DNA of 64,000 bases from an uncultured bacterium (GTDB lineage Bacteria > Verrucomicrobiota > Kiritimatiellia > PWTM01): assembly GCA_937139365.1 (NCBI GenBank), contig CAKZPT010000079.1:2581-66580 (forward strand), in the 5' to 3' direction. The notes beneath the pieces are model-generated. The model was not told the origin of the DNA, made no database searches, and worked only from the letters and a program-made list of their open reading frames with translations. Position 1 is the stretch's first letter, and every line of letters starts with the position of its first letter. Below, piece by piece: positions 59,699 through 64,000 of the stretch. The translations under genes were made by a program, and so were the position numbers.

Positions 59699-60423
59699 TC
59701 CACCACCCGCTCCGCGCCAAACAACACGAACGCCGTGTTGATCAGGTAGAAGGCCGCCACACGGCTATCGAACACGCCCCGCGCAAAGTCCGCCATGTGG
59801 GCGATCGGCGACAGCCACGTCGCCAGTGCGTCACCCCCTCCGTCCGGCCACAACCACGCGACCAGGCCGGAGGAGAGGAACAGCGCGATGAAGGTAAAGG
59901 CGAGAAGTCCGGCCGAGATTTGGGACCTCGTCAGGGCGGAAGCGAACAGGCCGAGGGAGAGGAAGAACCCTCCGATGAGCAGCGCTCCCACCCCCAGCCC
60001 CCATGCCGCCGCCGGATCGACGGTCGGCGGGGCGGCCGCAAACGCGCGCAGCAGCGGGCCGTAGGCCAGCGTCGGGGCCAGCGTCGCCGCGAACAAGGCC
60101 AGCGTGGCCGCATATTTGGCGCCCACGACGGCCCCCGGCGTCACCGGAGCGGTTAACAGCGTCTCCAGGGTGCCGCTGCGCCGCTCCTCCGCAAACAGGC
60201 GCATCGTCAGCAGCGGCGCGGCGGCCGTCATCGTCAGCACAAAGCCCCAACCGGAGACCTCGACTAGACCGGCCGACGACGGCGCCCCCGAGGACATCGA
60301 GGTGACGAGGATCCAGAACCCTGTCCCGACCACGACGAGGAAAAGGACCGCCACCACGTAGGTCGTGGGCGAGAGAACATGGGCGGCCAGCTCGCGCCGG
60401 CAGAGCACCAGCCACTGCCTCAC
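59680..60423 (-). CDS. ABC-2 permease (GldF-like)
   Basis: RRELAA..SP, PLLTMRLFAEERRSGTLETLLTAP, GLFASALTRSQI. Confidence 0.88.
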   Translation of the reverse strand: MRQWLVLCRRELAAHVLSPTTYVVAVLFLVVVGTGFWILVTSMSSGAPSSAGLVEVSGWGFVLTMTAAAPLLTMRLFAEERRSGTLETLLTAPVTPGAVVGAKYAATLALFAATLAPTLAYGPLLRAFAAAPPTVDPAAAWGLGVGALLIGGFFLSLGLFASALTRSQISAGLLAFTFIALFLSSGLVAWLWPDGGGDALATWLSPIAHMADFARGVFDSRVAAFYLINTAFVLFGAERVVEWERWR

Positions 60424-61364
60424 GGCGCCCTCTCCCCTGCGCCGGTGAGGGCGACGAAGACCTGTTCCAGCGACAACTCCTCGCTGCGCAGTTCCCGTAG
60501 GGCCCATCCCCTCGACGCCGCCAACGCCGCAACCTCGGGCCGCGGATCGCCCTCGCCAGCCGCCTCGAAACGGGCCTCGCCCCAGCCCCCACCAGCATCC
60601 TCCCACCGCACGCCGGCGCCGTCGGCCAGCCGGGCCAGCGCCGCGCATGCCTCCTCTGCCGGCGCGCGAAGCTGAACGACAACCCTGCGGCGCCCGCGCA
60701 ACGAGGCCGCCAGCGTCTCCACCGGTCCCTGGGCAAGAAGCCGGCCGCAGTGGAGGATCAGCACCCGATGGCACGTCATTTCGACCTCGGGGAGGATGTG
60801 GCTGGACAACAGGATCGTGTGTCGGGCCGCCAACGTCCGGATCAGTTCGCGCGCCTGCCGGATCTGGTTCGGGTCAAGCCCCAGCGTCGGCTCGTCCAAG
60901 ATCAGCAACTGCGGCTCGTGAACGAGGGCGTCGGCCAACGCCACCCGCTGGCGGTACCCCTTCGACAACTGGCCGATGATCCGCCGGCGGACATCGGCCA
61001 CCCCGCACATTTCCGCCGCCTCGGCCACGCGCGCGGCCACGCGCCGGGACGTAACCCCCTTCAGCGCCGCCCGGTAGCGGAGGTACTCCTCCACCCGCAT
61101 CTCGGGATATAGCGCGGCGTGTTCCGGAAGATAACCGATGCGCCGCCGCACGCCGACCGGGTCATCGAGCACCGAAAGGCCCGCGACCCGGATGGAGCCG
61201 GCCGAGGGGCAGAGGTAGCCGGCGATCATCCGCAGGGTCGTCGTCTTGCCGGCCCCGTTGGGGCCGAGCATTCCGACGATTTCCCCCCGGCCGATCTCAA
61301 AGGTCAGGTTCTGAACGGCGGTGACCGGCCCGAACCGGCGGGTCAACTGTTCGACCGCAACCAT
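60420..61364 (-). CDS. ABC transporter ATP-binding protein (GldA-like)
   Basis: GPNGAGKTT, LSKGYRQRV, LILDEPT, SSHIL. Confidence 0.93.
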   Translation of the reverse strand: MVAVEQLTRRFGPVTAVQNLTFEIGRGEIVGMLGPNGAGKTTTLRMIAGYLCPSAGSIRVAGLSVLDDPVGVRRRIGYLPEHAALYPEMRVEEYLRYRAALKGVTSRRVAARVAEAAEMCGVADVRRRIIGQLSKGYRQRVALADALVHEPQLLILDEPTLGLDPNQIRQARELIRTLAARHTILLSSHILPEVEMTCHRVLILHCGRLLAQGPVETLAASLRGRRRVVVQLRAPAEEACAALARLADGAGVRWEDAGGGWGEARFEAAGEGDPRPEVAALAASRGWALRELRSEELSLEQVFVALTGAGERAP

Positions 61365-61370
61365 GCCGCG

Positions 61371-62711
61371 CTACTCCGCCACCACCGCCAGCGTGTGAGT
61401 CCGGGCCACAATCAGGCCCTCCGCGCGTTCCACCGCCGCCACCGACAGCGCAACCGTGTCGCCCGGCCGGACCGTCTCCAGGGTCGCGCCAACCTCCTCC
61501 AGGCGCCCCACGGCCCGGCCGCCAATGCGGGTCACGCGGAGACCCGGTCGCAGGCCTGCCCGCGCCGCCGGTCCACCCTCGCGCACGCCGGAGATCCTCA
61601 GTCCCCCGCGCACCGGATCCTCCGCCGCCGGCGGCTCCAGCACCAACCCGAGGCGCGCCATCGCCAGCCGGACGCCGTCGGGGAACTCGTACGGGCCCAC
61701 CTCGACCTCAGCCAGCACCGGCCGACCGTCGCGTTCGGCCGCAATGCGCAGCCGGTCCCCCGGTCGGACGCGAAGCAGAAGGCGGTGGTAATCCAACAGC
61801 GATGCGACGGCCCGCCCGTTGATCCCCCCGATGCGGTCGCCGGCCCGCAACGGCGCCGGCGGGCCGTCGCCGGCTGCCACCAGGAGGCGGCCGTCGCGCT
61901 CCTCGAGGTCGAGGCGCACGGACAGGTGCCGCAACAGGCGAGGCGACAGCCATTGCGTCAACAACGCCCGCGCGCGGTGAACCGGCACCGCGAATCCGAT
62001 GTTCTGCCCCTCCTGGTGGATGGCGACGTTGATCCCCATCAGTTCGCCGTCGGCGTTCAGCAGCGGCCCCCCGGAACTGCCCGGGTTCACCGCGGCGTCC
62101 GTCTGAAGGATGTCCCGAAAAATCACCTGGCCGCGATACCGCGCCTCCCGGTTGCGCGAGGAGATGACGCCGACAGTGACGGTGTGCGAGAGGCCGAACG
62201 GATGGCCCACCGCGATCGCGGGCTCGCCGAGCATCACGTCGCCGTCCCGGGCGAACCGGACCTCGGGCAGCGGCTCGGGCGCATCGATCCGGATCAACGC
62301 CAGGTCGCTCAACTCGTCGCCGGCGATCAGCTGCGCCGGGAACGTCCGCCCGTCCACCAGCGTCACCCGGACGGTGGTCGCCCGCTCGATCACATGAAAA
62401 TTCGTCAGGATGAACCCGAGGGAGTCCACGATGACCCCAGAGCCCAGCGAGTGACGTACCTGGTAGCCCGGCGACGGCGGCTGGCGGAAGAAATCCCCGA
62501 ACAGCCGGTCGAACAGTTCGCCGCGAAACTGCTGAAGCGGATCGGCGGGCACGACGCGAACCAGTTCCTCCGTGCCGATGTTGACCACGGCGGGAAGAAC
62601 TGCCTCGACCGCCTCGACGATCGGCGACCGGCGCCGCGCCGACGCCGTCGCAGGATCCGCCGCCGGCGCGAAAATCACCGCTGCAGCCAGCGCGCCAATT
62701 GCCCGTCGCAT
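61371..62711 (-). CDS. HtrA/DegP-like trypsin serine protease with two PDZ domains
   Basis: SLGSGVI, LTNFHV, DLALI, LQTDAAVNPGSSGGPL. PDZ motifs. Confidence 0.9.
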   Translation of the reverse strand: MRRAIGALAAAVIFAPAADPATASARRRSPIVEAVEAVLPAVVNIGTEELVRVVPADPLQQFRGELFDRLFGDFFRQPPSPGYQVRHSLGSGVIVDSLGFILTNFHVIERATTVRVTLVDGRTFPAQLIAGDELSDLALIRIDAPEPLPEVRFARDGDVMLGEPAIAVGHPFGLSHTVTVGVISSRNREARYRGQVIFRDILQTDAAVNPGSSGGPLLNADGELMGINVAIHQEGQNIGFAVPVHRARALLTQWLSPRLLRHLSVRLDLEERDGRLLVAAGDGPPAPLRAGDRIGGINGRAVASLLDYHRLLLRVRPGDRLRIAAERDGRPVLAEVEVGPYEFPDGVRLAMARLGLVLEPPAAEDPVRGGLRISGVREGGPAARAGLRPGLRVTRIGGRAVGRLEEVGATLETVRPGDTVALSVAAVERAEGLIVARTHTLAVVAE

Positions 62712-62732
62712 TCCGCCCTTCACGGTCGGGCG

Positions 62733-62806
62733 ATTATGGCGGCGCGGTGGAATTTCGGCAAATCCCGCGCCCGGGGTTGCAAAGATGTCTCCTTGGTCCG
62801 TATGCT
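62733..62806. promoter_or_regulatory. Back-to-back divergent sigma70 promoters
   Basis: Minus strand TTGCCG-N17-CATAAT (62761-62733). Plus strand TTGCAA-N18-TATGCT (62777-62806). Confidence 0.5.
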
Positions 62807-62833
62807 GGTCCGGCCATCGCACCGCGGCTAGAC

Positions 62834-63862
62834 ATGCGACGATCCCGACCCCAGCCGGCCGGATGCCGCCGGATCCTCGTGGTCAAGCTCAGCTCGTTGG
62901 GCGACACGATCCACGCCCTGCCCGCCGTCCGCGCCCTCAAAGCGGCCTCCGGGGCCGCGATCGACTGGTTGGTCCATCCCGAATACGCCGACATCCCCGC
63001 GGCGTGCCCCGACGTGGACCGCGTCATCCGCCTCCCCCGTCGGGGATGGCTCTACCGGTTACCGGCCTGGTGGGCGGATCTCCGGAGGGAACACTACGAC
63101 TTGGCCGTCGATTTCCAGGGTCTGCTCAAAAGCGCGCTGCCGATGCGTATCACCCGCGCCGCCTACCGTCTCGGTCCCTCCTTCCACCGCGAGGGCGCGG
63201 CGCTCTTCTATGACGCGGTGGCCGCTCCGCGCGACAAGAACCGCCACGCGGTGGACGAAAACCTCGACGCCCTTCGCCATCTCGGCTGGCCTGTCGGCCT
63301 GCCTGAATTCGCCTTGCGCTTTCCGCCTCACCCCGCCCCGGGCCCCCCACCTCGCGTGGCGATCGCCGCGTCGTCGCGCTGGCCGACCAAAAACTGGCCC
63401 GTGGACCGATTCGCGGCGCTGGCCGCCGGGCTGGCCGCGCGTGGAGCAACGGTGGTGCTCGTCGGCTCGCTGGCCGACCGCCCCGTGTGTGAAGAAATCG
63501 CCGCCCGAGCCCGAGGCGGCGGCCGCGTCCTCGACTGGAGCGGGCGCACCACCCTCGCGCAGCTGGGGGGGATGCTGTCGGCGTGTGATCTGGCCGTGAC
63601 CGTGGATACCGGTCCCATGCACCTGGCCGCCGCGCTGGGGGTGCCGGTCCTCGCCCTGTTCGGCCCCACGGATCCGGTGCGGACCGGCCCGTACGGCCCG
63701 CACGCCCGCACGTTGACCTGTGGTCCCCTCCCCTGCCGACCATGCTTCGGCAGCCGGTGCTCGCGCAAGGACCTCGCGTGCCTGACCGGCATTCAGCTCG
63801 CGACCGTGCTCGAGGCGGCCGAGGAGATGCTCGCGCGTTCACTCCAAAACCGCCGCTGCTGA
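62834..63862 (+). CDS. Glycosyltransferase family 9 (LPS heptosyltransferase-like)
   Basis: KLSSLGDTIH, DFQGLLKS, WPTKNWP, VDTGPMHLAAA, LFGPTDP. Confidence 0.9.
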   Translation: MRRSRPQPAGCRRILVVKLSSLGDTIHALPAVRALKAASGAAIDWLVHPEYADIPAACPDVDRVIRLPRRGWLYRLPAWWADLRREHYDLAVDFQGLLKSALPMRITRAAYRLGPSFHREGAALFYDAVAAPRDKNRHAVDENLDALRHLGWPVGLPEFALRFPPHPAPGPPPRVAIAASSRWPTKNWPVDRFAALAAGLAARGATVVLVGSLADRPVCEEIAARARGGGRVLDWSGRTTLAQLGGMLSACDLAVTVDTGPMHLAAALGVPVLALFGPTDPVRTGPYGPHARTLTCGPLPCRPCFGSRCSRKDLACLTGIQLATVLEAAEEMLARSLQNRRC

Positions 63863-63906
63863 CCTTTCCGCGCCTCGCCTTTGGCTGGCGGCCAACGGGA
63901 GAGCTA

Positions 63907-64000
63907 TCACCGCCCCCACTGCTGCCGCCGGTAGACGACGAACAGAACCGCCACCACGACGGCGCCGAGCGTCCATCTCCATGGGAAACGTCTTCGCGCA
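63907..64000 (-). CDS. C-terminus of a membrane-anchored protein (continues beyond the window)
   Basis: Minus frame ARRRFPWRWTLGAVVVAVLFVVYRRQQWGR followed by TGA TAG. Confidence 0.45.
   Translation of the reverse strand, partial: ARRRFPWRWTLGAVVVAVLFVVYRRQQWGR

Noticed and set aside
56433-61364. Gliding motility / type IX secretion call for the Gld-like genes
   Set aside because: No gldK-N or spr genes here. GldAFG-like modules are widespread in non-gliding bacteria.

Overview
High-GC (about 70%) bacterial chromosomal segment. Gene content suggests the PVC superphylum, probably Kiritimatiellae or Lentisphaerae-like (inference): Tat-exported sulfatase, fucosidase and GH109, PQQ-propeller and FG-GAP proteins, a phoH-7TM/HD-ybeY-recO block and a GldAFG/DUF4340 block. 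Intact core genes: trpE/trpG, gcvT, phoH-HD-ybeY-recO, tRNA-Leu(TAG), nikR, pyrF, cls, a complete nqrABCDEF-apbE operon, three tandem small HSPs behind a sigma-54 promoter, malic enzyme with a stand-alone rnfB, aspS, an FAD/Fe-S dehydrogenase, an HtrA-ABC-GldG-DUF4340-AsmA operon and a GT9 heptosyltransferase. Two patterns stand out. (1) Three dispersed intergenic arrays of a 15-bp palindrome, TTCCAA-N3-TTGGAA, repeat at an exact 32-bp period with different 17-bp spacers; they are not CRISPR and no annotated feature explains them. (2) Nine carbohydrate-utilisation or periplasmic genes are broken by nonsense, frameshift or deletion lesions, while housekeeping genes have no internal stops or frameshifts. 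No integrase, transposase, rRNA or CRISPR-cas was seen. All calls come from reading motifs by eye, without database searches.
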